From assembly GCA_044356325.1 (NCBI GenBank), contig JBIKWJ010000002.1:24602-88601 (forward strand): DNA of 64,000 nt, written 5' to 3'. The notes under the pieces were generated by a model that made no database searches, was not told where the DNA came from, and worked only from the letters and a program-made list of their open reading frames with translations. Within the stretch, counting starts at the first letter, position 1. Each line of letters starts with the position of its first letter. Below, piece after piece: positions 28,567-39,026 of the stretch. The DNA is from Minisyncoccia bacterium (GTDB taxonomy: Bacteria > Patescibacteriota > Minisyncoccia > SW-4-49-11). A program made the position numbers and the translations under genes.

Positions 28567-29073
28567 ATGGATAATAAATCCCCCTATCGTATTCTCGGTA
28601 TTGACCCAGGGACAGCCACCACAGGATTTGGTATTATTGACACCTCCCTATCTCGTGTATCCAATGTAGTGGATTATGGTGTTATTACCACAGAATCTCA
28701 TCTCTCAGACTCTAAGAGACTTGCCATTATAGATGAGAGTCTCAAAGAGATTATTGCCACGCATAAACCTAATATTATTGCTGTTGAAAAATTATTCTTT
28801 TTTCGCAATACAACTACTATTATCACCGTAGCACAGTCTCGAGGAGTTGTACTTCTTAATGCCGAATTACATAATCTTCAATTATTCGAATTCACTCCCC
28901 TCCAAATTAAACAGGCAATAACAGGTTATGGCAAAGCCCCTAAAGCTCAAATGCAACAAATGGTAGCGACAATACTAGGTCTCAAATCCATTCCCAAACC
29001 AGATGATGCGGCTGATGGACTTGCTGTGGCACTGTGCTGCCAATCTAGTCTTGGATATTTATTAAAAATATAA
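28567..29073 (+). CDS. ruvC: Holliday junction resolvase
   Basis: ILGIDPG, AVEKLFF, PDDAADGLAVA. Confidence 0.97.
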   Translation: MDNKSPYRILGIDPGTATTGFGIIDTSLSRVSNVVDYGVITTESHLSDSKRLAIIDESLKEIIATHKPNIIAVEKLFFFRNTTTIITVAQSRGVVLLNAELHNLQLFEFTPLQIKQAITGYGKAPKAQMQQMVATILGLKSIPKPDDAADGLAVALCCQSSLGYLLKI

Positions 29074-29075
29074 TA

Positions 29076-30440
29076 TCATTTGATATTATTTGGATTAATT
29101 CCTGCCTCATAGAATACCAGTTGTCTTGTCTTTATAGTATTCAATTGAATTAATGCGTCCACATAATTCCAGGCGGCTTCGATTTCATCAGCTCGTATGA
29201 ATAATGATTGGTCTTGATCAATAATGTCTTGTATAAGCCGTGTATATGCCCCTTGACTTCTCTGTCCAAATGATTCTTCATAGGTGAAATTAAGTTTTAC
29301 TGGTTGTATACACATTCCCTTTCCTGGGAATTTTGCATTTACGGTATAATATACTTCCTCATTTGGTTGTATGCTAATAACGAGCTCATTTTGTTGAGGG
29401 TTACAGAACTCATCAATATGACTAAAATATTTAAACCTTTGCTTAAATTTTATTCTAATTTCAGCTTTTGTCTCTGATAATCGCTTGCCGGTGGATATAT
29501 ATATTGGGATATTTTCCCAACGAGAATTATCTATATATGCTGTTAATGCCACATATGTTTCTGTCTTGGACTCTGTAGGGACACCAGTTTCTTCAAGATA
29601 ACCCTTTTTATCTCCTGAGCTGATATATTGCCCTAAGATTATATCTTTTGACTGAATTGGTCTTAGGGAATTGAGAATTTTATGCTTTTCATCACGAATA
29701 TATTCTGCTTCCATAGCGACGGGAGCTTCCATAGTAATCAAAGCAAGGGTTTGTAAAATATGATTTTGTAAAATATCTTTAATAATCCCGGTATTATCAA
29801 AATATTCAGCCCTCTCATCAATACCTCTTTCTTCCCAAACATCAATAGCGATTGACTCTACATAATGATTATTGAGTAATGGCTCAAACATAGCATTGCC
29901 AAATCTTAAAGCTAAAATATTCTGTATTGTCTCTTTCCCGAGATAATGATCTATCCGATAGATTTCTTCTTCTCTAAATGATTCTTGTAGCTGATTATTT
30001 AATGTTCTGGCGGATATAATATCTGAGCCAAATGGTTTTTCGAATACAAGAGTATAATGTATATCAGTATATTGTTGCTTAATCTCAGATAGAGTTTTAA
30101 TAATATTTCCAAATGCTTGAGGTGGTATTGCCATATACCAAACAATTCTATCCCCCTTTTTTATATCATAATCTCGAATGAAATTCTGAATTGTCTCAAT
30201 ATTATCAAAGTCTAATTGTATATAATGTAAATTATCAATAAAATCTAATTTCCAATCATGTGAAGCAAGAGAATCTCTCACTAATTGCCTATATTCATCT
30301 TGTGTATAGGGGTTTCTTCCCCCTCCAATGAATTGGGTATCAGGACTATATTGGCCAAAAGAAAATATCTCTGCTAAAGCTGGATATAATTTGGTACGAG
30401 CTAAGTCTCCCGTAGCCCCAGTAATAATAAAATATGTCAT
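29076..30440 (-). CDS. zwf: Glucose-6-phosphate 1-dehydrogenase
   Basis: GATGDLA, EKPFG, RIDHYLGKE. Confidence 0.96.
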   Translation of the reverse strand: MTYFIITGATGDLARTKLYPALAEIFSFGQYSPDTQFIGGGRNPYTQDEYRQLVRDSLASHDWKLDFIDNLHYIQLDFDNIETIQNFIRDYDIKKGDRIVWYMAIPPQAFGNIIKTLSEIKQQYTDIHYTLVFEKPFGSDIISARTLNNQLQESFREEEIYRIDHYLGKETIQNILALRFGNAMFEPLLNNHYVESIAIDVWEERGIDERAEYFDNTGIIKDILQNHILQTLALITMEAPVAMEAEYIRDEKHKILNSLRPIQSKDIILGQYISSGDKKGYLEETGVPTESKTETYVALTAYIDNSRWENIPIYISTGKRLSETKAEIRIKFKQRFKYFSHIDEFCNPQQNELVISIQPNEEVYYTVNAKFPGKGMCIQPVKLNFTYEESFGQRSQGAYTRLIQDIIDQDQSLFIRADEIEAAWNYVDALIQLNTIKTRQLVFYEAGINPNNIK

Positions 30441-30518
30441 TTTACAAATATATTAACTATTATCTAGAGTGTATCCCAAGATTATCGATATTGTCAAATA
30501 AAAAACTACTATCTTAAT

Positions 30519-30977
30519 TTAAAGTCCTAATGAAGAGTCTGATAATACATCTCCTTCTATATCAGTATCAATACTTTGTACTTCTGCACTAATTGCGTCA
30601 GCCTGTACTTTGGTATCTGTAGATACTGGAATTGCATCAATAGAACTTTGTGTTGTATCTGCTGGTGTTGTAGCTGCTGGGCTAGTAGCGGGTAATATTA
30701 TCGCATCTTGTATTGGCTTATTTTGATCTTGATAATATCGATACACACTTACAGCACCAATTACGAGAGCAAAAAAGAATAAGAATACTACTACCCCCCA
30801 TAAAAGCGGTCGAGTTACCACTTCTTTTTTAGCTAAATTTTCTAGAGGACTTACGGGCTTAGGAGATTGAGTAGGGAGTGCTATTTCTTCGGGTGTAAAT
30901 GAAGTGAGTCCAGGATTAATTTCTCCTGATTCAGAGTTTACTAATTCTGAGTTATTGGCATCAAGATTGTCGCTCAT
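30519..30977 (-). CDS. Single-pass membrane protein
   Basis: Central TM helix with low-complexity flanks. Confidence 0.65.
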   Translation of the reverse strand: MSDNLDANNSELVNSESGEINPGLTSFTPEEIALPTQSPKPVSPLENLAKKEVVTRPLLWGVVVFLFFFALVIGAVSVYRYYQDQNKPIQDAIILPATSPAATTPADTTQSSIDAIPVSTDTKVQADAISAEVQSIDTDIEGDVLSDSSLGL

Positions 30978-30998
30978 ATGAATGGTATTATATTAATA

Positions 30999-31856
30999 TT
31001 ATTGAATTGGGTTTGAAGTTGTAGTAGGGACTGTGTTAGTTGGAGTTGTGGTATTACCTGATTCTGTTGAAGCTGGTTGTTGTGGCTTTATACTTCTCAG
31101 ATAAGGAATAATGGTTTCTTTAATATAAGTCCTAATAGCTTTATCCTGGACAATAATTACCTTGAGGTCAGCTTTTCGCGTATTTAAATCTGTTGCAGCC
31201 TTATCTTTAGTACAAAGCTGAGCACTATCAGATTGAAGAGAAGCTATATATTTTTGGATGAGAGTATTTAAATCAGTAACTCTTGAATTGACCTCAGATA
31301 CATACCCGTTATAGGTACTGACATCCACACCTAATTCTGCTAATTTTACTGAAACTGATTGCAATCGAGCAATAATTTTATTATATTTACCAAGTCTTTT
31401 TTCAGCTTTTGCTTTCAATTCATTTTGATGTTCAGTAATTTTATTACTGATTTCTTGGCATTTATCTTTGACTTTCTTTTCTCGCTCGGGACCTGCCACT
31501 GTGATTCGCTCAGACAAAGCATCTACAGAGTCATCTTGCCCTTCATCATTTGAATTTAGTCTATCCTGTTTATCTTTTTTCTCTAAAGCTTGTTTTTCAG
31601 CTTGTTCTCTTTGTCTCTCTAATAATTTTTGCTGAGCCTCATTTTGATTTTCATTAGAAGGCATTTGATTAACACCTGTTTGAGACCTACTCTCTCTTAT
31701 TTTTTGTGACTGCTTCTGGAATTCAAGCTGACTTTCTTGAGCTTTTTTATCTAATTCTGAGCCCTCTTCTTTAGCCAAGATGGTTTTAACTACTACAAAT
31801 GATCCCCCAAGAACAATAATACTTGCACAGATAATGGACAAGAAATGTGATTTCAT
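30999..31856 (-). CDS. Secreted or membrane-anchored coiled-coil protein
   Basis: N-terminal hydrophobic signal, Q/E/K-rich helices, two Cys, Thr-rich tail. Confidence 0.7.
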   Translation of the reverse strand: MKSHFLSIICASIIVLGGSFVVVKTILAKEEGSELDKKAQESQLEFQKQSQKIRESRSQTGVNQMPSNENQNEAQQKLLERQREQAEKQALEKKDKQDRLNSNDEGQDDSVDALSERITVAGPEREKKVKDKCQEISNKITEHQNELKAKAEKRLGKYNKIIARLQSVSVKLAELGVDVSTYNGYVSEVNSRVTDLNTLIQKYIASLQSDSAQLCTKDKAATDLNTRKADLKVIIVQDKAIRTYIKETIIPYLRSIKPQQPASTESGNTTTPTNTVPTTTSNPIQ

Positions 31857-31913
31857 ATATTGATTTTATTATGTACAATTAATTATAACACCACCCCAAA
31901 ACTTGTCAAGAAT

Positions 31914-31954
31914 ATTATACCCCCAAAGCCTGCCTCAACTCATCACTTACTTTC
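31914..31954. repeat. 41-bp perfect direct repeat of the 3' end of the sufT-like gene (other copy 32625-32665)
   Basis: ATTATACCCCCAAAGCCTGCCTCAACTCATCACTTACTTTC at both sites. Confidence 0.95.
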
Positions 31955-32584
31955 ATATTGTTTCAAATTAGACTCGACATCAGTATATGTCTTAATACCA
32001 AGAAATGTAAGTAGAATAATCTGATTTAGAATTAACTCTATTCTTGGGAAAAACGACGTAATTATAAATATGGGGATTAGAGTTAAAATTGTCATATGTA
32101 TAGGAATTATCCTTTTATATATAGAAAACATTAAATCAATCAGATATTTGAAATTATTAGAATGTAATTTAAAATCTTTATAGTATAAAAATGTATACAG
32201 ATACCCTAAAAAGTATAACAAGATAGAGATAAATATATTAAAGGAATCTAAATTTACTTGATTTATAAAAAATTGAATAAATGTAAAATATCCATAATGA
32301 AATCCCCCATAGCTAATAATAAAAAATATGAACAACAATAATTTTATACTATGGTTAACAGTATTTACGCTAACATCTTTATTTGTAAACAACTCATCAT
32401 TTCCCAAATCTTCAAGTTTAAGTGTAAGTAATGTGATACAAAAAAAGAATCCTATAATAATACTTTGTGCCCAATAGACCAAAACTATAGTCGCCACATC
32501 CCAATTTTGCCAAATCGCAAAAAACATAGTCACTAAGTTGGGAATTAGTATTGAATATACAGCTGGGTTTTTTAGAATCTTCAT
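31943..32584 (-). CDS. AT-rich membrane protein (DUF6498-like)
   Basis: WDVATIVLVYWAQSIIIG, YGGFHYGY and YKRIIPIHMTI patterns. Confidence 0.65.
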   Translation of the reverse strand: MKILKNPAVYSILIPNLVTMFFAIWQNWDVATIVLVYWAQSIIIGFFFCITLLTLKLEDLGNDELFTNKDVSVNTVNHSIKLLLFIFFIISYGGFHYGYFTFIQFFINQVNLDSFNIFISILLYFLGYLYTFLYYKDFKLHSNNFKYLIDLMFSIYKRIIPIHMTILTLIPIFIITSFFPRIELILNQIILLTFLGIKTYTDVESNLKQYESK

Positions 32585-32625
32585 ACCTTTGTATATAAAT
32601 TTATTTTTTAATTAAATCATACTAA

Positions 32626-32913
32626 TTATACCCCCAAAGCCTGCCTCAACTCATCACTTACTTTCCAAGGGGGGGTAAAAGTTACATTAATAGTAATAGA
32701 ATGAGGTTTAAGAATGCCGAGAGCTGTTTTTAATTCTGCTTGTATACGGCCTCCAAATGGACAAAGTGGTGTAGTATATGTCATCAAAATTATAATATCA
32801 TCCTGCTCGCTAATGGTAATATCATAAATTAGGCCAATAGTATAAATGTCTATATTAATTTCTGGGTCTTGAATTGTTTTACATACTGATATAATATCTT
32901 CTTTTGTAATCAT
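32626..32913 (-). CDS. Fe-S cluster assembly factor, SufT/PaaD/DUF59 family
   Basis: DPEINIDIYTIGLIY, MTYTTPLCP, TFTPPW. Confidence 0.9.
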   Translation of the reverse strand: MITKEDIISVCKTIQDPEINIDIYTIGLIYDITISEQDDIIILMTYTTPLCPFGGRIQAELKTALGILKPHSITINVTFTPPWKVSDELRQALGV

Positions 32914-33623
32914 ATATATGCATTATATCCTTGTGATTTAATTTGAGATAGAATATGAGCCCCGCCCTCTTCTACCACAATACCATTTTTGATTACTGTC
33001 ACTTTATTAGGCATAAGCTCTAATTGTCCTTGATGAGTAATAATAATAAAAGTCATACCATTTTGATTCAGTTGTTTGAGCTCTGATGACATTAATTTGA
33101 GAGCATCGATATCAAGTCCGGAATCTGGCTCATCTAATATTGCTAATTGAGGCTTCAAGATAAGTAATTGTAATAATTCTAGGCGTTTTCGTTCTCCTCC
33201 GGAAAACCCCTCATTAACCCCTCGAGATAAAATTAATTCATCGAGCCCAAGTCTCTTCACCTCCTCAACCACTCGGGCACGGAATTCTAATACATTTACT
33301 GGTCCATTGATAGCTTGATAGGCATTTTTGATAAGGCTTAAAATAGTCACCCCCTTTATGGCTGGGGGATATTGCATAGATAAGAATAATCCTAATTTAG
33401 CTCTTTTATCTGGAGACAACTCTACAATATTCTCATTTTTAAAAAATATATTTCCTTCAATATTATATTCTGGATATCCTGCAATAGCTAAAGCTAGAGT
33501 ACTTTTACCACTTCCATTTGGGCCCATGAAATAATGGATATTTCCCTCCTCTATATCAATTGATATATCCTTGATAATACTTTTCTCATCTTTTTTGATG
33601 ATTATATGTTCTAATTTTAGCAT
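32910..33623 (-). CDS. sufC: Fe-S cluster assembly ATPase
   Basis: MGPNGSGKST, NEGFSGGERKR, LDEPDSGLDIDAL. Confidence 0.95.
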   Translation of the reverse strand: MLKLEHIIIKKDEKSIIKDISIDIEEGNIHYFMGPNGSGKSTLALAIAGYPEYNIEGNIFFKNENIVELSPDKRAKLGLFLSMQYPPAIKGVTILSLIKNAYQAINGPVNVLEFRARVVEEVKRLGLDELILSRGVNEGFSGGERKRLELLQLLILKPQLAILDEPDSGLDIDALKLMSSELKQLNQNGMTFIIITHQGQLELMPNKVTVIKNGIVVEEGGAHILSQIKSQGYNAYI

Positions 33624-33658
33624 AAGCTATATTGTCTAATTGACTTATTAATTATTCT

Positions 33659-34018
33659 TTATACTATCATCTCCTGGGCAGTGCGTAAAGCTAAAGTCAC
33701 GCATTTTATACGCGTACTTTCCATATTAATACCAAGCCATTGATATAATTGTTCGGCTGAAATAGTGGGGATTTCAGCAATAGATAATCCTTTTAATTTC
33801 TCAGTCGTAATAGAGGCTCCCGCAATACATAAGGCACAACCATTTCCTTCAAAACTTACCCCCACAATAATTTCGTCCTGAATATCTAAATACAGCCTAA
33901 TATCATCGCCACAATTAGGATTAAACCCCTGTTGATGATGTGTATAATGATTTAATTTCCCTTTATTGAGGGGGTTGCGATATAAATCAAGTATATATTC
34001 TCTATATATATCATCCAT
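33659..34018 (-). CDS. sufU: SufU/IscU-type Fe-S scaffold or sulfur-transfer protein
   Basis: NPNCGD, FEGNGCALC, RIKC; start at MDDIYREYILD. Confidence 0.88.
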   Translation of the reverse strand: MDDIYREYILDLYRNPLNKGKLNHYTHHQQGFNPNCGDDIRLYLDIQDEIIVGVSFEGNGCALCIAGASITTEKLKGLSIAEIPTISAEQLYQWLGINMESTRIKCVTLALRTAQEMIV

Positions 34019-34019
34019 A

Positions 34020-35222
34020 TTATTGAAATTTGTGATAAATAGCATCTAATTCTCCCATCAAGATATCAATTTCCTCTAGGGTATTATATATACCAAATGT
34101 TACTCGTATACTACCCGCTATACCAAGTTTTTCGGCAATACCACTAGCACAATGTTGTCCCGCTCTCACACAAATATTTTTTTTCGCGAGTAAATAAGCA
34201 ATATCATGAGTATGTATTCCCTCAATAGTAAAAGCAAAGCATCCAATACGGGGAATAGATTTGTCTCCCCCTAATAATTGTATCCAAGGGCGTGAGAGAC
34301 TTTGCCGCCACATATATTGAATTAATTCTCTTTCATGATTTTGAACTTGCTCCCAACCAATATCTTGAATCCAGTTTATGGCTCGGGCAAGTCCAATTAC
34401 CTCCGCAATCGGTGGAGTTCCCGCCTCAAATCTCTGAGGAATAGGAGCATATTCTAATTGTTCCAAAGTTACATAATCCACCATATCTCCCCCCATACGT
34501 CGAGGCTTGAGAGATTGTAATAATTCATAATTCACCCATAATACTCCTATACCTGTCGGACCATATAATTTGTGTCCCGAAAAAGCATAAGCGTCTACCC
34601 CCAAGTCCAATACAGAAATTGGTATATGAGCCACAGCCTGAGCTCCATCCACAATACATAAAGCTCCCATTTTATGAGCTTTATCTGAGATATTCTTCAC
34701 ATTATGAATAGTCCCTAATACATTGGATATATGTCCTATTGCGACCACAGCTGTTTTTCCATCAATAGCAGCTAGAAGAGCTGGCTCATCTAGCACTCCT
34801 CCCTTTAATCCAATATATCGTATTTCTAATTGCTGCCTTCGAGCAAATTCTCGCCAAGGGAGCATATTACTATGATGTTCAGTTACTGGGATAATAATAT
34901 TCTGGCCCACCTCAAATCTATCTTGCAATAATTCTGAGAGCATATTAATACCATCCGTAGTACCATGGGTGAAAATAATTTCCTCAGGTCTATTCGCCCC
35001 CATAAATTGAGCTATTGTCTCGCGAGCATTCTCATATTCTGTAGTTGCCCTCTGGGATAACTCATATAATCCTCTATGAATATTAGAGCGATATTCTCTG
35101 TAATACGCATTCATCCCATCCAAAACCACATTAGGCGTAAGCGCGGACGCACCTGAATCAAGATAAATAATATCCTGATTTAATGGTGTGAATTCTAATC
35201 TAATATTGTCAATTAACTTCAT
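34020..35222 (-). CDS. sufS: Cysteine desulfurase
   Basis: YLDSGAS, DGAQ, FSGHKLYGPTG, RAGQHCA. Confidence 0.93.
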   Translation of the reverse strand: MKLIDNIRLEFTPLNQDIIYLDSGASALTPNVVLDGMNAYYREYRSNIHRGLYELSQRATTEYENARETIAQFMGANRPEEIIFTHGTTDGINMLSELLQDRFEVGQNIIIPVTEHHSNMLPWREFARRQQLEIRYIGLKGGVLDEPALLAAIDGKTAVVAIGHISNVLGTIHNVKNISDKAHKMGALCIVDGAQAVAHIPISVLDLGVDAYAFSGHKLYGPTGIGVLWVNYELLQSLKPRRMGGDMVDYVTLEQLEYAPIPQRFEAGTPPIAEVIGLARAINWIQDIGWEQVQNHERELIQYMWRQSLSRPWIQLLGGDKSIPRIGCFAFTIEGIHTHDIAYLLAKKNICVRAGQHCASGIAEKLGIAGSIRVTFGIYNTLEEIDILMGELDAIYHKFQ

Positions 35223-35276
35223 ATCATATATTATATAATATATGATATAATAAGTGTATAGTAAATATAAAGTTGT

Positions 35277-36530
35277 ATGGAAACCCTAAGACCCACACAA
35301 GAACAAGAAAAACCATTTTCTGAATATTCATTGACGGAAATTATAGATGAGATATATACTTCAAACGCTGAGGGAGGGGATGGAGATTTAAGACAAGATT
35401 TAGACAATATATCCTTTCAAAAAGAAAAGGAATCTGAGACATTACAACAACTTATAACTTCCTCCGAAAAGCAATCTTCTAATACAAGACTTCAAAGACA
35501 AATCCACACCTTGAAACAAAAATTAGAAGAGATTCAATCATCTCAAAAAGTATATGAGGCTTGCAAAGAGTTGAATTCATATCATTTAGAAGGTAGTTTA
35601 GAATTAGAAGGTGATTCTGTAGAATTTTTATTAGAAAGATATCGTACATATCAGACACTTTTAAATTCTTTAGATGAATCAGAATCTAGCCTTGCCAAAA
35701 CAGATATTAAAGCTATTATAGATATTTACTATACCAAGATTTTAGAGATAATAACTGAAACTGGAATTGATAAAAAATATGGATTTGGATTTGCTGAAGG
35801 AAGAAAGATGTCAATAGAATATCTTAGTGATTTAATAATCCCAGATACCGAAAACCCAGAATTTGCTAGATACAAAGCAAGATCCACTACAATAGCGCAG
35901 GGTAATGCTCGATTACTAACAGATGGGCAGAGAACAACTTCCCAAGATGATTTGAAAGGCGCGGAATCAGAAAGAATAGTTACCGAGGAATTATCCCAGG
36001 TTCCAGGAGTGCTAGCTACAATAGACATACCTAAATTTTCAATTGGGGATACCCGGCACAAAGCTGACACCATAGCAATTACTCTTAATCCAGAATTAGT
36101 AGATTCTATTACTGATCAAGAGATTCAATTAGCAATATATAAAGTGATAGAAGAGTATAGAGTAGCTTTATTAGATCATATGATGAAACAAGGTGAAAAC
36201 TCTCTTATAAACCCTAGAGACAATATTTTGGGAGATATCATTAGAATAAATCGAACTATAAAATTAGATAATATTGCTGCTGATTTAAAAGAAAAGAATA
36301 TAGATTTGTCACACATTTTAAGAATTCACAAAATACAAATCAAAACTCAAGCAAGTGAAATGTCCAGAACAGCAGAAAAATACAAAGCTAGCAAAATGGC
36401 GGTTAGCCCAGATAAAGTTGGTTTTTTGGCTAAAGAATATCATCCATTAGGAGATCCTAAAGCTGAGGAATTTAATCGAGTACATTTTCAAATTGCAGCT
36501 CAAACAGTTTTAGGGCTATCTATAAAATAA
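35277..36530 (+). CDS. Hypothetical protein: coiled-coil N-terminus and possible PD-(D/E)XK-like domain
   Basis: 417-aa ORF with GAESERIV...D...ADTI...IQIKT. Confidence 0.6.
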   Translation: METLRPTQEQEKPFSEYSLTEIIDEIYTSNAEGGDGDLRQDLDNISFQKEKESETLQQLITSSEKQSSNTRLQRQIHTLKQKLEEIQSSQKVYEACKELNSYHLEGSLELEGDSVEFLLERYRTYQTLLNSLDESESSLAKTDIKAIIDIYYTKILEIITETGIDKKYGFGFAEGRKMSIEYLSDLIIPDTENPEFARYKARSTTIAQGNARLLTDGQRTTSQDDLKGAESERIVTEELSQVPGVLATIDIPKFSIGDTRHKADTIAITLNPELVDSITDQEIQLAIYKVIEEYRVALLDHMMKQGENSLINPRDNILGDIIRINRTIKLDNIAADLKEKNIDLSHILRIHKIQIKTQASEMSRTAEKYKASKMAVSPDKVGFLAKEYHPLGDPKAEEFNRVHFQIAAQTVLGLSIK

Positions 36531-36586
36531 AAACTTGCTAATATTGTTTTTCTATGTTAATGTATATTTCGATTTGAGGATAACTT

Positions 36587-36874
36587 TTGAACTATCAACA
36601 ATTTCTTGAAATTTGGCCAAATTTATTTGATATATTTGAAACAATAAATAGAGTCAATCCTCCTGACTTAACTATAAGTCTCAGTTCTCATTGGAAACAC
36701 CATAATAACTTCACTGGCTCCAAAATCTATGGGATAAATGGAGAGTTAATTGGTAGCGAAAATTGCTACTTTATATTACCCTGTAATCAAAATGGATTCC
36801 CTATAAATCCACCAACCATTCTATTGAAAGAATGGCGAGACATCAGACAATACCTACCACCCACCCCGCACTGA
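36587..36874 (+). CDS. Hypothetical protein
   Basis: TTG-start ORF with own promoter-like sequence and terminator (36862-36888). Confidence 0.45.
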   Translation: MNYQQFLEIWPNLFDIFETINRVNPPDLTISLSSHWKHHNNFTGSKIYGINGELIGSENCYFILPCNQNGFPINPPTILLKEWRDIRQYLPPTPH

Positions 36875-36906
36875 GCGGGGTATTTTTTATCACATAACGA
36901 TATTAT

Positions 36907-37560
36907 TCACCCCTCCAAAAACCCATCAATAATACTATTTTGAGCCTGTTCTCTCGTAAGGCCTCTCGTCATTAAATAAAATATATCTGTCTCTCTAACT
37001 GGATGTATAGATACTCCGTGACTAGCATTACTATTGTCGGTGGCGACTCTGAGTTCGGGGATGATTTCAAGTTTAGGCCTTTCGGTTAATAGTATTATCT
37101 CTGCTGATTGTATAGCCTCACAGTGGGATATTGTGGGGGGAATAGTAATAATAGTATGTTGTTTTAATGGATGAGAATTCTCTATAATGTATCGTGAATC
37201 TACTTTGGATTTGGTATAGGGAGCTTGATGAGTAATAGTGATAGTATTATTTGATTCTCTATTACTTCTCACACGTGTCATATAGTCTATTTCAGCATAA
37301 GGCTCTATAAGCTCAATATTCCAACTCATATTCCCTGACCAAGATTCTTTTTCTCTAATCTCTACTTGACTTCCTTTTGTCGCAATAATATGAATATTAT
37401 GATTATAATCTCCCTCTGGGATTATAATATTAAGCCGAGCCTGCTCCCCAATATGAATAATAGTCTCTGGGGAAAGTGTATTCAAAGACAATTCTTCATT
37501 ATTGCGAGATTTAATCACTATATATTGTCCGTTTGATTGTTGTGTAGTAAAAATTGCCAT
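36907..37560 (-). CDS. sufD: SufD-like Fe-S assembly protein (short, divergent)
   Basis: PELRV...ASHGVSI...IFYLMTRGL...IIDGF; directly downstream of sufB. Confidence 0.8.
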   Translation of the reverse strand: MAIFTTQQSNGQYIVIKSRNNEELSLNTLSPETIIHIGEQARLNIIIPEGDYNHNIHIIATKGSQVEIREKESWSGNMSWNIELIEPYAEIDYMTRVRSNRESNNTITITHQAPYTKSKVDSRYIIENSHPLKQHTIITIPPTISHCEAIQSAEIILLTERPKLEIIPELRVATDNSNASHGVSIHPVRETDIFYLMTRGLTREQAQNSIIDGFLEG

Positions 37561-37561
37561 A

Positions 37562-38941
37562 TTATATTGCTGAATCTATAATTTCAAGTTCAATTAGGCG
37601 ATTTAGCTCAATTGCATATTCGAGAGGCAAGGCTTTTACTACCGGCTCTATAAAACCATTCACAATCATTTTACGGGCCTCAGATTCAGTCATTCCTCGA
37701 CTCATCAAATAAAATATCTCTTCATCCCCTACTCGTCCAACTCGAGCTTCATGACCAATTTGAGCATCTGTCGTTTCGATTTTCATCACGGGATATGTAT
37801 CGGATTTAGCTCCATCATTCATCAGGAGAGCATCACAGACAATATGAGACTCGCTGTGACTAGCATTAGGAGTAATTCTCACCAAACCGCGATAAGATGA
37901 AATCCCAGTATCTTGACTAATACTCTTAGCACTAATGGTGGATTTGGTATAAGGGGCTGCATGAATTACCTTGGAGCCTGTATCTTGCTCTTGCCCCTCT
38001 CCTGCAAAGGCAATTCCAAGGCTATCCGAACGAGCATATTCCCCCCTCAATATACTACAAGGATATAACATTGTCACACCACTTCCCATATTCCCATTTA
38101 GCCACTCAATAGTACCATGAGCATCCACGAGAGCCCTTTTGGTATTGAGATTATAGGTATTTTTACTCCAATTTTCAATACTAATATATTTAACTGTAGC
38201 ACCCTTATGCACAAATATTTCCACTCCCCCCGCATGAAGAGCTGAGGCATTCCATCTTGGAGCAGAACATCCTTCAATATAAGTAAGCTCTGAGCCTTCA
38301 TCTGCAATAATAAGGGTATGCTCAAATTGCCCCCCAGCCTCCATATTCATCCGGAAATAGGCTTGTAATGGTAATTCTACTTTTACCCCCTTTGGCACAT
38401 AGATAAATGTCCCCCCACTCCAAACTGCAGCATGTAACATAATAAATTTATGATCATTGATAGGAATACATTGAGTCATAAAATATTTTTTGACCAAATC
38501 GGGATATTCCTGTAATGCGGTATCCATATTCTCAAATATAACCCCCTTATCTTTTAAATCTTGCTTGAGATTATGATATATCATATCTGAGTCATATTGA
38601 GCTCCCACCCCTCCTAGGGCCTGTTTTTCGGCCTCAGGAATGCCTAATTTGTCAAAAGTGTCTCGTATATCCTGTGGCACATCATCCCAAGTCTTAGCCT
38701 CTTCTGTATCTGGTCTACTAAAATAAATAATTTGCTCTAAATCTAATCCCTCCAAATTAGGCCCCCAATTCGGGAGTTCAGTTCGTTGATATAATTCAAA
38801 GGCTTTGAGCCGTTTTTCCAACATCCAATTAGGTTCATTTTTTTGGCGAGAAATCTCTTGTATTACCTCAATTCTCAATCCCGGTTTTGTTTGGAATTTT
38901 CCTTTATGTGAACTAGAATTGTCATATACTGCTCTGTCCAT
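37562..38941 (-). CDS. sufB: Fe-S cluster assembly protein
   Basis: GQFEHTLII, YIEGCSAP, HEARVG, FYLMSRG. Confidence 0.96.
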   Translation of the reverse strand: MDRAVYDNSSSHKGKFQTKPGLRIEVIQEISRQKNEPNWMLEKRLKAFELYQRTELPNWGPNLEGLDLEQIIYFSRPDTEEAKTWDDVPQDIRDTFDKLGIPEAEKQALGGVGAQYDSDMIYHNLKQDLKDKGVIFENMDTALQEYPDLVKKYFMTQCIPINDHKFIMLHAAVWSGGTFIYVPKGVKVELPLQAYFRMNMEAGGQFEHTLIIADEGSELTYIEGCSAPRWNASALHAGGVEIFVHKGATVKYISIENWSKNTYNLNTKRALVDAHGTIEWLNGNMGSGVTMLYPCSILRGEYARSDSLGIAFAGEGQEQDTGSKVIHAAPYTKSTISAKSISQDTGISSYRGLVRITPNASHSESHIVCDALLMNDGAKSDTYPVMKIETTDAQIGHEARVGRVGDEEIFYLMSRGMTESEARKMIVNGFIEPVVKALPLEYAIELNRLIELEIIDSAI

Positions 38942-39026
38942 AATTTGCTACTAGTCAAAATATCTTCTTATGTTATACTATAGCAAAGTAATGCAATTAT
39001 CTCAATTAGTTAAGTTATATTGACGT

